Below, piece after piece: positions 20,664 through 30,485 of a stretch of 64,000 nt of DNA. The DNA is from an uncultured Candidatus Woesearchaeota archaeon (lineage in GTDB: Archaea; Nanobdellota; Nanobdellia; Woesearchaeales; DSVV01): assembly GCA_963717515.1 (NCBI GenBank), contig OY970338.1:1448621-1512620 (forward strand), read 5' to 3'. A program made the position numbers and the translations under genes. The notes beneath the pieces were generated by a model. It was given only the letters and a program-made list of their open reading frames with translations. It had not been told where the DNA came from and searched no databases. Each line of letters starts with the position of its first letter. The first letter of the stretch is position 1.

Positions 20664-21250
20664 TTTATGGAAAACTTTAAAAAGATTAAGTTAAACAATA
20701 ATATTCACAATTTTAATTAGGCAGGACATGATAAGTCCGAATAAGAAAAACCACGCGGATAAGGTGTCCAAACATATGCAATAACCTAAAATTTGCTTTT
20801 GACAACAATAGTCTACGACGGGAGATAAGATATCATCGGAAGGAGTCTGAAGTTCAGAGTACATGGTTCATAGTTAATCAAGACCTTAGGGCACAGAGCA
20901 CCCACAGGTTGTAATCATAGGAGAGCGGAATCATTTTTATTCAGAGCCTGCAGAATTCAGCCATGATAGCAATAACAGATTTCCAGCCGATAAATGGAGT
21001 GCAGAACTCAGGAAATCTTGCTATTCACGCTGCAGAAAGGAGAGGCCTAGCCTCTGCAACACTATGAAGAATATGGTTACAGACCCAGGCATCTTTGCAT
21101 CGCCGGATATGGCTGTGTCACTTATCGCTTGTTGGATAGGTCATGATGGCATGGAGTGAAAAGACCATTAGCAGCATCGGATTTAGAATCGTCTGGATGG
21201 CGTTAAGAGAACTTGAGGAAAAAGAAATTTAATATTGCTAATAATAATGG

Positions 21251-21565
21251 ATGTACGCCAAGGCAAAAATGGGGACAGTCATAAGTTCAAAAGTCAGGGA
21301 TGACGGCAAGGTAGTATTCGAGGTATGCGTGGAAGAGGCTGAAGCATTGCAGCTTGCAGGTCATCTCAGCAACATCCACTTATTTTCAGAGAACAATCTG
21401 GATATCACGACATCAATGTCAGGGCGTGGAAAGAATGAAGCTACAAAATATTTCCTGATCCCAAAGTCAATCCGTGTAGACCTGAATACAAGGAAAAAGG
21501 TGCATTGCCAGAAGATAGAGACAAAGACCAAGATGATGTTCATTTTTGTGATGGACAGGATATGA
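21251..21565 (+). CDS. Small beta-rich protein, possibly AbrB-like
   Basis: RGKNEATKYFLIPKSIR resembles a swapped-hairpin motif; co-oriented with the KaiC-like gene. Confidence 0.6.
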   Translation: MYAKAKMGTVISSKVRDDGKVVFEVCVEEAEALQLAGHLSNIHLFSENNLDITTSMSGRGKNEATKYFLIPKSIRVDLNTRKKVHCQKIETKTKMMFIFVMDRI

Positions 21566-21571
21566 TATAAG

Positions 21572-22267
21572 ATGGAACGGACAAAGACCGGGATACAGGG
21601 ATTCGACAAGCTAGTCAACAGCGGATTTCCAAAGGGCAGCTCTATCCTGATTTCAGGATCACCTGGTTCGGGAAAGACGATATTCGGGCTTGAATACCTG
21701 TACAGGGGCGTATCAGAGTTCGATGAAAACGGCCTTTACGTGACATTTGAGGAAAAGCGTGAAAACGTTTTCAGGCAGGCAATGCAGTTCGGCTGGAATC
21801 TGGCGGCACTGGAAAGCGACAGGAGGCTTTTCATAACCTGCATTCCGTCTGATGCCATCGACAAGAGCACTATCGAGTTCATCCTCAATACGATCAAGGA
21901 GAACAATATACTGAGAGTAATAATAGACTCACTATCCACATTATCAATAATCACTCCCATGCTTAACTCTTACAGCAGCACAGGCGACATCGCGATCAAG
22001 AGATTCGTCTATGAGTTCATCTACAAGCTCTCGTCATCTGGAGCGACCACGCTCCTGATATCTCATACATCCAATGAAGGAGCGTATTCTATCGACGGGG
22101 TATCTGAATTCCTCTGCGATGGACTGATAACCATAAAGTTCCAGTCCCTGGGCGGTGATTTCTCAAGAGTGCTTGCAATCCAGAAGATGAGATCTGTCAG
22201 GAATGATGAGGATATTCATCCTCTTGAGATAAGTGACAAGGGAATCATCATACACAACCTAAACTGA
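21572..22267 (+). CDS. Single-domain KaiC-like (RecA superfamily) ATPase
   Basis: RTKTGIQGFD, GSPGSGKT, YVTFEE, IIDSLS, EFLCDG, KMR. Confidence 0.93.
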   Translation: MERTKTGIQGFDKLVNSGFPKGSSILISGSPGSGKTIFGLEYLYRGVSEFDENGLYVTFEEKRENVFRQAMQFGWNLAALESDRRLFITCIPSDAIDKSTIEFILNTIKENNILRVIIDSLSTLSIITPMLNSYSSTGDIAIKRFVYEFIYKLSSSGATTLLISHTSNEGAYSIDGVSEFLCDGLITIKFQSLGGDFSRVLAIQKMRSVRNDEDIHPLEISDKGIIIHNLN

Positions 22268-22378
22268 CTATAAGAACCAGGACATAAAATCTTTGCTATA
22301 TCATGCATCATTTGGCATCTCAGCAGCGATTCTCAGGTCATAGAGTCCTATTTTAGGAACAGAAAAGCTTTTCAGCCG

Positions 22379-22711
22379 TCACTTGCTCCATCTCTTCTCC
22401 ATTATGTAATCGCCGATATAAGACCCTATTGCGAAGAATATCAGGATGACTATCCAATAACCTCTCCTGGTAACTAGGTTGCCCACGATATAACCAACCA
22501 GGTATCCGAATATTATGAAATAGAATGGAAAGCCCAGCTTGTTCCTTCTGATATGATAGAGCCTTCCGACCATTATTCCGCAGATGAGTATGACTGCATA
22601 GCTCACGATGGCAGAGTCAATGAGAAGGCTCACAATGAGGCCTATTACAAGAAATACCCCCGTAGCAGTCTCTCCCCACGCATCAAGCCATTTTATCCCT
22701 TTCTTGTTCAT
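22379..22711 (-). CDS. Small membrane protein
   Basis: About 4 hydrophobic segments; translationally coupled to upstream gene. Confidence 0.7.
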   Translation of the reverse strand: MNKKGIKWLDAWGETATGVFLVIGLIVSLLIDSAIVSYAVILICGIMVGRLYHIRRNKLGFPFYFIIFGYLVGYIVGNLVTRRGYWIVILIFFAIGSYIGDYIMEKRWSK

Positions 22712-23439
22712 TTACCACCACCTTCAATGAACCAGTACCACAGGAACCAGCAGGCTGCACCTATTATGAATGCGAGAATCCAGGAATATATCCCCGCAAG
22801 GGACAGGAGCACATAACCTGTCAAGGTCGCTGCTATGAATACATACGAGAGCCTTGACATGAAGAATATGTGGATGCCGTTTGTCTTCGGGATAGGGAGG
22901 AGATTGTATATTATCATTATGCCGTTTATCCTTGCTGCATAGTCAAAAAATGTCGGAAGGATATGGAGCTGTCTCGAGAATGCGAGGGCAATTGTCATGA
23001 GGATGAGATGCGCAAATGCCCCTGCTGCTGCTATGGTACCATAGGCTATCCTGTTTATGCCGTACCTGAATTTGCCGAGCCTGAGTATCATGTGGTGGTG
23101 GAGGAACAGCCCGCCTGCAAGGACGAGCGGGAATTTCCCTCCAGTGAGAAGGGTGACTATTATTCCAAGGCCGATGCCTGTAGGCCACATCCTGTACTCG
23201 GCCCTGTATCCCTGCTGGAGAGCAGAAACCTTCATAGCCCCGTCATACAGAAAGAAGCTGACAACGACTATCACTGCTGTCATGAGGAAATTTATTAGCC
23301 AGAGCGCGAGATTGAATGTCGCCCTGCCATCATTGTAGGCGAATATGAATGTTATCCCGAGGATGCTAAGCCATATGTCGCGGAGCTCCCTCGGTTCCCA
23401 GCGGTAGAACCTCTTAATCCTGAAAGCCAATTCGCCCAT
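22708..23439 (-). CDS. M50/site-2-protease-like membrane protein with degenerate catalytic motifs
   Basis: GYRAEYR, IAAAG and NLLPIP..NG layout; HExxH position reads YDGAM. Confidence 0.7.
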   Translation of the reverse strand: MGELAFRIKRFYRWEPRELRDIWLSILGITFIFAYNDGRATFNLALWLINFLMTAVIVVVSFFLYDGAMKVSALQQGYRAEYRMWPTGIGLGIIVTLLTGGKFPLVLAGGLFLHHHMILRLGKFRYGINRIAYGTIAAAGAFAHLILMTIALAFSRQLHILPTFFDYAARINGIMIIYNLLPIPKTNGIHIFFMSRLSYVFIAATLTGYVLLSLAGIYSWILAFIIGAACWFLWYWFIEGGGK

Positions 23440-23530
23440 GGGCAGTTTTATCAGGAGTGACTTATATAAATATTTTGGTTTTCAAGAGATTCAAGCAGGA
23501 TATGTTTAATAGTGGAATCCCTGCATTTCT

Positions 23531-24286
23531 TCAGACCGGAGAGAACCCGTTGATGTCCACGGTCTGTTCATCCTGGCCGCTATAGTCAAAGCTGTATGAA
23601 TAAGAGGGCAATGAGATGAGTTCCCTTATGCCCTGGACGTGGCCTGCGCCGACGACAGCGACAACGCTCTTTCCCTGGGCTGATATCTCAGAAAGCTTGC
23701 CTGCCATGTAGACATTCCTCTCATGCACGAGAACCCTGTATATGGATGGATACCTGTCCTTCATCATGTCCATCATCTTCCCTATGAGGACTTCAGATGG
23801 GACCTTGCTCAGGTCAAACTCATCTATTCCGTATCTCTGCATCTCCCTCTTTCCGAAGAACATGCCTTTGATGATATCAGCAGCGATTCTCCATCTTTCC
23901 TTCCATGTAAGGTATCTTGAGAACCTCGCAAGCGTTATCTCGATATCCTGGTCGATGAGGGCGATCTTAATCTTCTCCTTATTGGCTGTGTTGATTGCAG
24001 CTTTCATCTCATCGCCCGGCTCGACACCGACCATCCTGCCGAGTTTCTTCGAGACCCATGAGCCGATGACTGCAAAGAGATATCCCTTGAAGCCGACCCT
24101 CGATATGTTATAGAATGAGAATCTCTGCGGTTTTGGCGCGTGGGTGAGGGCATAGTACCTTTTCATGTCAAGCTCTACAGCAACCACGTCAGGCTTCTGC
24201 TCCTGTATCTCCTGCCTTACCTTCCTGATGCTCTCTTTTGCGATGTGTGATGTTCCTATTATTGTTATATTGCTCATTCTCTTCAT
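23531..24286 (-). CDS. traB: TraB/PrgY/GumN family protein
   Basis: IIGTSH, PDVVAVELD, PGDEM, LVHERNVYM, VVGAGH. Confidence 0.92.
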   Translation of the reverse strand: MKRMSNITIIGTSHIAKESIRKVRQEIQEQKPDVVAVELDMKRYYALTHAPKPQRFSFYNISRVGFKGYLFAVIGSWVSKKLGRMVGVEPGDEMKAAINTANKEKIKIALIDQDIEITLARFSRYLTWKERWRIAADIIKGMFFGKREMQRYGIDEFDLSKVPSEVLIGKMMDMMKDRYPSIYRVLVHERNVYMAGKLSEISAQGKSVVAVVGAGHVQGIRELISLPSYSYSFDYSGQDEQTVDINGFSPV

Positions 24287-24368
24287 CTGCCTCGTGCAGT
24301 GTTACTACAGAAAAATTTATATACTTTAATATTTTATCAAATTAACGTAATTCAACGGAGGTCTGAAC

Positions 24369-24647
24369 ATGCTGAACATGAAACATATCACTGAGACATA
24401 CGACATGAAGGTTTTCACTGATTCAGGGGAATATTTCGGAGATGTCGAGGAATCCATCGTGACCCAGAATAAGGTGTTCGGGTGGAGGATTAAGTCGACC
24501 AGGAACTCTTACCTGAACAGGATCCTGGGAAGCGCAAAGGGCGTGATAGTGCCTCACCAGCTCGTCAAGAGCATCGGCGACATCATGATAATATCCAAGT
24601 CCGCTGTGCCGAGCTACAACCCTGAAGAGGACGATTCGGCTGCTTAA
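24369..24647 (+). CDS. PRC-barrel protein (CdpB-like cell division factor candidate)
   Basis: VFTDSGEYFGDVEE, IVPHQLVKSIGDIMII. Confidence 0.85.
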   Translation: MLNMKHITETYDMKVFTDSGEYFGDVEESIVTQNKVFGWRIKSTRNSYLNRILGSAKGVIVPHQLVKSIGDIMIISKSAVPSYNPEEDDSAA

Positions 24648-24656
24648 TTTTTTCTT

Positions 24657-24827
24657 TTGATATGTCAGGAATACCGCTCCTCTTTTGAGGGATGGACAAG
24701 CTTCACTTGTTTCTCTATATCATAAGTCGTGGTATTCCTGAGCATGCTCAAGAACCACTAGTCCTCATAATGAAGAAGGAAGCTTCGCCTTCATGCTACC
24801 GGTCTCTGAGGTGGTTCTTGACATCAA
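24657..24827. other. Intergenic double-hairpin element (candidate ncRNA or MITE-like)
   Basis: Perfect 11-bp stems 24665-75/24731-41 and 24748-58/24811-21 joined by the palindrome TGAGCATGCTCA. Confidence 0.6.
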
Positions 24828-24890
24828 GTCTTTTTCTTATATTCTCTTAAATCCAGAAAATATAAATACCATTTGGTTTACTAAAGCAGC

Positions 24891-25946
24891 ATGACCTTTT
24901 CAGAAATCCTGAAGAACGTGTATATGGGCAACTCTGTCGCTGAATACCTGACTGCTGCTGTTGTCTTCATTGTCTGTGTCCTCCTCCTGAAGATATTCAA
25001 GCAGATAGTACTTCTAAGGCTGAGGATGTTCACACAGAAGACAGAGACAAGGCTCGATGACCTGGTCCTGTCGATAGTAGATGTGCGCTGGCCGTTCTTT
25101 GTGTTCGTATCTCTCTACATCTCATTCATGCTTATCACTGTCCCTGCAGCGCTGAACGTGGCAGTCGACTACATCCTGCTCATCATACTGACTTACTATA
25201 CTGGAAAGGCCCTGCAGAAACTCATCAGCTACCTTATCCACAGGCATGCAGAGAAAAAAGGGGGCAAGAGGGAGGATTCCTCTATGCTTGATGTCCTCGG
25301 GGTAGTCGCAAAGATAACACTATGGATAATCCTCTTCCTGTTCATATTGTCAAACCTCGGTTACAACATATCGACCCTCCTGACAGGTCTTGGGATAGGC
25401 GGAATCGCCATCGCATTCGCGCTCCAGAATGTCCTGGCAGACATCTTTGCATCAATATCGATATTTTTTGACAAGCCTTTTGTGGTCGGTGATTTCATAA
25501 TGATCGGCAATGACATGGGCGAAGTGAGAAGAATAGGCATCAAGTCCACGAGAGTAAAGACCCTTCAGGGCCAGGAGCTGATAATCTCGAACAAGGAGCT
25601 CACAGAGGCAAGGGTGAACAATTTCAAGAAGATGGAGAGGCGGAGGGTCGTGTTCTCGTTTGGCGTGACATATGACACCAGCTCTGCAAAATTAAAGGAG
25701 ACCCCTAAGTTGATTAAGGGGATAGTTGATAAGATCGAGCTTGCAGAATTCGACAGGGCGCATTTCAAGAGCTATGGCGACTCAGCCCTGCTATTTGAGA
25801 TAGTTTACTATGCTGACACGAGCGATTATACCACCTACATGGACATACAGCAGGAGATAAACCTGAAGATAAAAGAGGCATTCGAGAAGAAGAAGATAGA
25901 GATGGCCTATCCTACACAGACAATCTACCTGAACAAGTTGAAATGA
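24891..25946 (+). CDS. mscS: Small-conductance mechanosensitive channel
   Basis: LGIGGIAIAFALQ, DKPFVVGD, IGIKST, FGVTYDT, AYPTQT. Confidence 0.95.
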   Translation: MTFSEILKNVYMGNSVAEYLTAAVVFIVCVLLLKIFKQIVLLRLRMFTQKTETRLDDLVLSIVDVRWPFFVFVSLYISFMLITVPAALNVAVDYILLIILTYYTGKALQKLISYLIHRHAEKKGGKREDSSMLDVLGVVAKITLWIILFLFILSNLGYNISTLLTGLGIGGIAIAFALQNVLADIFASISIFFDKPFVVGDFIMIGNDMGEVRRIGIKSTRVKTLQGQELIISNKELTEARVNNFKKMERRRVVFSFGVTYDTSSAKLKETPKLIKGIVDKIELAEFDRAHFKSYGDSALLFEIVYYADTSDYTTYMDIQQEINLKIKEAFEKKKIEMAYPTQTIYLNKLK

Positions 25947-25964
25947 AAGCTTATTATTCCGCAA

Positions 25965-26468
25965 ATGGCTGAAAGACCGATTCCTGTCGCTGTCTGTGCT
26001 GTGGTCTCTGGCAGCAGAATCCTTCTCATAAAGCGAACAAAGGGTAATTTCATCGGCTATTGGGCGCTTCCCGGAGGGAAGATTGAGCCTGACGAGCACC
26101 TTTCTGACGCAGCTGTCAGGGAAATAAGGGAGGAGACAGGCATTGATTCTGAATTCATTTCGTACATTGGTCTCGTTTCAGAACACCTCATATCCGATTC
26201 AAGGGTCACTGATCATTTCATCCTGCATCTCTGTAAAGTGAGGCCCGTAACCACAAAAATAACAAGGAATGAGGCTGGGAAAGCCAGATGGTTTGAGCTT
26301 GAGAAGCTGGATGAGCTTAAGGGAGGGATTGTTCCGAGCGATCTTGAGATGATTGACAGGATACTCCTGAAGAATGAGGGCACATATTTCGAGAGCGTCA
26401 TGGAATGGCAGGGCAAAAGTCTTGTTCTGAAAAAATTCGAGCATAAGACAGGATTGCAGATCCGATAA
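25965..26468 (+). CDS. NUDIX hydrolase
   Basis: WALPGGKIEPDEHLSDAAVREIREETG. Confidence 0.92.
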   Translation: MAERPIPVAVCAVVSGSRILLIKRTKGNFIGYWALPGGKIEPDEHLSDAAVREIREETGIDSEFISYIGLVSEHLISDSRVTDHFILHLCKVRPVTTKITRNEAGKARWFELEKLDELKGGIVPSDLEMIDRILLKNEGTYFESVMEWQGKSLVLKKFEHKTGLQIR

Positions 26469-26526
26469 TCACTTAGTGATGATAAAATCAAAAATCTTTA
26501 TATTTGATAATTTATTCTTGCTGTCC

Positions 26527-26826
26527 ATGAAGAAGGAGGACATGGAAAAACAGTTAATCTTATCATTAAGAGGAGAGCTGAGCGACATGCTTGAATATAT
26601 CGTCCTCGAGGAGAAATGGGAAAATCGAGAGCAGTATAAGTTCCGGGTGAACGGGAGCTATATAGGCGCATCAGAAATGCTTGACAGGATAAGGAACAAA
26701 AAGAGGCATGCAATGCAATGCTTGAGGAAAGCATACGATCTGTACATCGCAAGAATCCAGGCTTCAGATAACCCATCCTCAATGACCAGCAAATACATCC
26801 ACTTCAAGAAGAGGGAGCAACATTAA
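26527..26826 (+). CDS. Hypothetical protein
   Basis: ORF with plausible composition after a TATA-like tract; no motif recognised. Confidence 0.5.
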   Translation: MKKEDMEKQLILSLRGELSDMLEYIVLEEKWENREQYKFRVNGSYIGASEMLDRIRNKKRHAMQCLRKAYDLYIARIQASDNPSSMTSKYIHFKKREQH

Positions 26827-26889
26827 GCAATTATGCTTTTCGATCCTTTGACTCGGTTCCCAAATTGATGGCAGCTGAATATCCTCTGA

Positions 26890-27516
26890 CTAAATCCTTC
26901 CGCTCCTGATGAATTCCTCTATATCATCATTGTCCATATGTGTCTTTGAATGGAACTTTTTGTCGAATTTTTTCCTCTTGTCTTTAAGGAAAAGGCCATA
27001 GAGGAGGCCTGAGGCGAGACCTGCGAGATGGGCTGCATGCGCGACACCCGGAAGGATGCCGAATAGGTCTGTCAAAGCGATTATTATGCCTGCTGTCCTG
27101 AGCGACATAGGGATGATGAAGAGTATCACCCTGAGGTCCGGCATGAGTATTATAGCTACTCCGAGAATGCCCATTATAGCACCGCTCGCACCGAGCGCAG
27201 CATCATACACGAAACTTGAAGCAGCCGATGCAAGAATCCCGGATGCCATGTAGATCAATATGAATCTCTTTGTCCCTATCCTCTGCTCAACCAGCATGCC
27301 GAACATGAAAAGGACCCACATGTTTATGAAGATATGGAGGATGCTTGCATGGAGAAACATCGATGTGACCAGTGTCCAGGGGGCTCTCAGAAGATCCCCC
27401 CTATGCACCAGGAACATCTCTGTTATGGTGTCTTTTGAGAGAATCTGCAGAATATAGATGATTACATTTAGAACAACCAGGACAATCGCAGCAGATATCC
27501 TCTTTCTGGTCATCAT
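26890..27516 (-). CDS. Rhomboid intramembrane serine protease
   Basis: PWTLVTSMFLH, HIFINM, GASGA, AHLAG. Confidence 0.95.
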   Translation of the reverse strand: MMTRKRISAAIVLVVLNVIIYILQILSKDTITEMFLVHRGDLLRAPWTLVTSMFLHASILHIFINMWVLFMFGMLVEQRIGTKRFILIYMASGILASAASSFVYDAALGASGAIMGILGVAIILMPDLRVILFIIPMSLRTAGIIIALTDLFGILPGVAHAAHLAGLASGLLYGLFLKDKRKKFDKKFHSKTHMDNDDIEEFIRSGRI

Positions 27517-27711
27517 CAGACGATAAGCGATATTTCTTTTAAAAGTTTGCTTTTTAACGGTTCAGCAATTGAAATGTCTTTCATAATTATGATTTTTACA
27601 ACGACAAGATTTATCACTGGAAAACGGACCAATGTTTCTTAAAATATATCTTTCACTTACAAAACCTTTATATATTATGGCAGGGTAATCCAGCCGAGGG
27701 GGTTTGAGCAC

Positions 27712-29328
27712 ATGACAAAATATATCGTGGTTACTGGCGGGGTACTTTCAGGACTTGGCAAGGGAGTGGTCACTGCATCCATCGGCAAGCTTCTCCAGAT
27801 GCAGGGATACAAGGTCACGGCAATCAAGATAGATCCGTACATCAATATCGATGCAGGGACCATCAGGCCGACAGAGCATGGAGAGGTCTTTGTAACAGAG
27901 GACGGCGGCGAGATAGATCAGGATCTCGGCAACTACGAAAGATTCCTGAACATCAATCTTCATAAGGACCATAACATAACAACAGGCCAGGTATATCTCA
28001 AGGTCATCACAAAGGAGCGCGCAGGCGAATACCTGGGCGAGGACGTGGAGGTCATGCCTCACATCCCTGAGGAGATCAAGAGAAGGATAAGGGAGACAGC
28101 AGATAAGACCGGCGTGGATTTCTGCATGGTGGAAATAGGAGGGACAGTCGGCGATTATCAGAACATTCTCTTCATGGAGGCTGCAAGGCAGATGAAGCTT
28201 GACGGTGACGAGATAGTGTTTGTTCATGTGGTGTATCTCCCTATCCCAAAACACATAGGGGAGATGAAGACAAAGCCTGCGCAGCACTCGATACTCAGCG
28301 CCTTTGCAATAGGAATACATCCTGATTTCATAATAGGAAGGGCTGAGCAGCCGCTCGATGAGCCTAGGAAAAAGACCATATCTTTCACATGCAGCATACC
28401 CCGGGACAGGATATTCTCAGCACCGGACCTTGAATCGATATACGAGGAGCCTATCATATTTGCTGACCAGAACCTCGACAAGGAGATACTGGAACTCTTC
28501 AACCTGAAATACAAGCAGAACGGTGAGCTCAGGAAATGGAGAAAATTCATAGATGATATCAAGAACCTGAAGAAAAGCGTGAAAATCGGTATTGTGGGCA
28601 AATATTTCGACACAGGCGATTTCTCGCTTGAGGATTCTTACATATCAGTGCTGGAGGCTGTCAAGCATGCCTGCTTCAACAACAAGGTAAGGCCGGACAT
28701 ACGCTGGATTAATTCAAAGACCTTCGAGAAGGATCCTGCCAGTGTGAAGATGCTTGATGACGTGGATGCACTCATTGTTCCGGGTGGATTCGGCACCAGC
28801 GGAGTCGAAGGCAAGATCATTGCGATAAAGTATGCCAGGGAGAATGATATCCCTTATCTGGGTCTGTGCTATGGGCTCCAGCTCGCTGTCATCGAATTTG
28901 CAAGGGATGTCTGCAACCTCAAGGGTGCGAACACCACAGAGAATGACAAGGACACGAAATACCCGGTGATTGACATACTGCCAGAGCAGGTCAAGCACAT
29001 GAAATTCTCTGATTACGGCGCTACGATGCGACTTGGCGAATGGAAGGCTGTACTCAAGCCAGGAACAGAAGTATTCAAATTATACGGCAAAAAGGACATT
29101 TCCGAGCGCCACAGGCATAGGTATGAGGTGAATCCTGAATACATCCCTGTCATTGAAAAAGCAGGGCTGGTCTTCTCAGGTAGGTCGCCTGACAGGAGGC
29201 TGATGGAGTTCATCGAGCTTCCGGGCCACAAATTCTTTGTAGGGACACAGGGCCATCCTGAATTCAAGTCAAGGCCGCTCTCTCCACACCCGCTGTTCAA
29301 CGGCCTCATCAGAGCAGCCATGAAGTGA
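27712..29328 (+). CDS. pyrG: CTP synthase
   Basis: TGGVLSGLGKG, KIDPYIN, KTKPAQ, PGGFG, GLCYGLQ, RHRHRYE, HPEF. Confidence 0.99.
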   Translation: MTKYIVVTGGVLSGLGKGVVTASIGKLLQMQGYKVTAIKIDPYINIDAGTIRPTEHGEVFVTEDGGEIDQDLGNYERFLNINLHKDHNITTGQVYLKVITKERAGEYLGEDVEVMPHIPEEIKRRIRETADKTGVDFCMVEIGGTVGDYQNILFMEAARQMKLDGDEIVFVHVVYLPIPKHIGEMKTKPAQHSILSAFAIGIHPDFIIGRAEQPLDEPRKKTISFTCSIPRDRIFSAPDLESIYEEPIIFADQNLDKEILELFNLKYKQNGELRKWRKFIDDIKNLKKSVKIGIVGKYFDTGDFSLEDSYISVLEAVKHACFNNKVRPDIRWINSKTFEKDPASVKMLDDVDALIVPGGFGTSGVEGKIIAIKYARENDIPYLGLCYGLQLAVIEFARDVCNLKGANTTENDKDTKYPVIDILPEQVKHMKFSDYGATMRLGEWKAVLKPGTEVFKLYGKKDISERHRHRYEVNPEYIPVIEKAGLVFSGRSPDRRLMEFIELPGHKFFVGTQGHPEFKSRPLSPHPLFNGLIRAAMK

Positions 29329-29329
29329 G

Positions 29330-30310
29330 CTTTTTCTTTTGTTTCTTATCTAAATATGTAAATATTAAAGTATTATAAATGATATAAATATAAGTATTTT
29401 TATAATGGTTTATTATATAATATAAGTATAATTATAATTAATTATATTTGGTAATTAATTACTATTATAATAAGTTAAATTAATATAAATTATAATTATA
29501 TTATTATATATCTTTAAATAAGTTTTTAAATTGATATATTAAATTATATTTAAATAGGTTGTTAAATAAGTATAATAATATGTATTTGTATATTGATTAA
29601 GTATTTTTATTTTGAAAATAATAAGTTATATAATTAATAAAAAATAATAGAAATAAATATGTAAAAATATAAGTAAATATCATTGAACTAATTTAAGCAT
29701 CAATCCAGATCTTTATGAAAATGGCTATATTTTATTGACTTATAAGTATTATATATTGTAAAATAATAAGTATTATACAATATGAATTAATATTTAAATA
29801 TATAAGTATTAAAATATGTAATTTATGAATAAATAAGTATTTTAATATGATATATTATATATCATAATTAAATGAAATATATTAATATTTATATATGTTT
29901 TAATATTAAGATTATAATTAATATTTATTAAAGAATAATAATTAATAACTATATAATGTATAATAATAATATTTTTATAATTAAATATATAATGAATATC
30001 TGTCATTAATCAGGGAGAATCAAAGTTACAGGATTGGAAGCTTCGGTAATGAAAATCTCAATGCAAACAAAGGATGATCAGGTAGGCTTCACAAGGAAAG
30101 ATTTCCATATGCACTGAAGGCATGAATCCATAAATCAATAAGTTTAAATATAAAATAAGTAAAAAAATAAGTTAAATAATATGAAATTAAAATTGTATCA
30201 AAATAATAAACTTTATATACTAGTACATTAATATATTTATTAGTACACTAGTTAAGATAAATATTCATAAAAAAAGTGTTAAATAAATTAACAAAAAAAT
30301 AAGTAGTTTC
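29330..30310. repeat. Extremely AT-rich non-coding region with co-oriented ATAAGT repeats (candidate replication origin)
   Basis: Nearly pure A/T at 29340-29995 and 30130-30305; about 15 ATAAGT on + versus 1 on - (counted by eye). Confidence 0.6.
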
Positions 30311-30317
30311 AGCAAAA

Positions 30318-30485
30318 ATGACTGAGATCAAAAGGAAACTTTACAAGAGGGGCTCAAGCTTTGAAACTACTATCCCCATGCCACTTCTGTTTGCACTTGA
30401 CAAGTCAAAAAAGCATAATGTCGTCTTCAAGTATGATGCGCCGTCCAACAGATGGTATATTGAATTCGAGGAGAGGGTCAAATGA
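30318..30485 (+). CDS. 55-aa AbrB/MazE-like DNA-binding protein (below ORF-track cutoff)
   Basis: MTEIKRKLYKRGSSFETTIPMPLLFALDKSKKHNVVFKYDAPSNRWYIEFEERVK; ATGA overlap with next gene. Confidence 0.75.
   Translation: MTEIKRKLYKRGSSFETTIPMPLLFALDKSKKHNVVFKYDAPSNRWYIEFEERVK

Noticed and set aside
24760-24812. Resemblance to a purine riboswitch (CTCATAAT...CTACC)
   Set aside because: The kissing-loop and P3 consensus is absent
30049-30117. 22-aa ORF MKISMQTKDDQVGFTRKDFHMH inside the AT-rich region
   Set aside because: No clear SD or motif; cannot be supported
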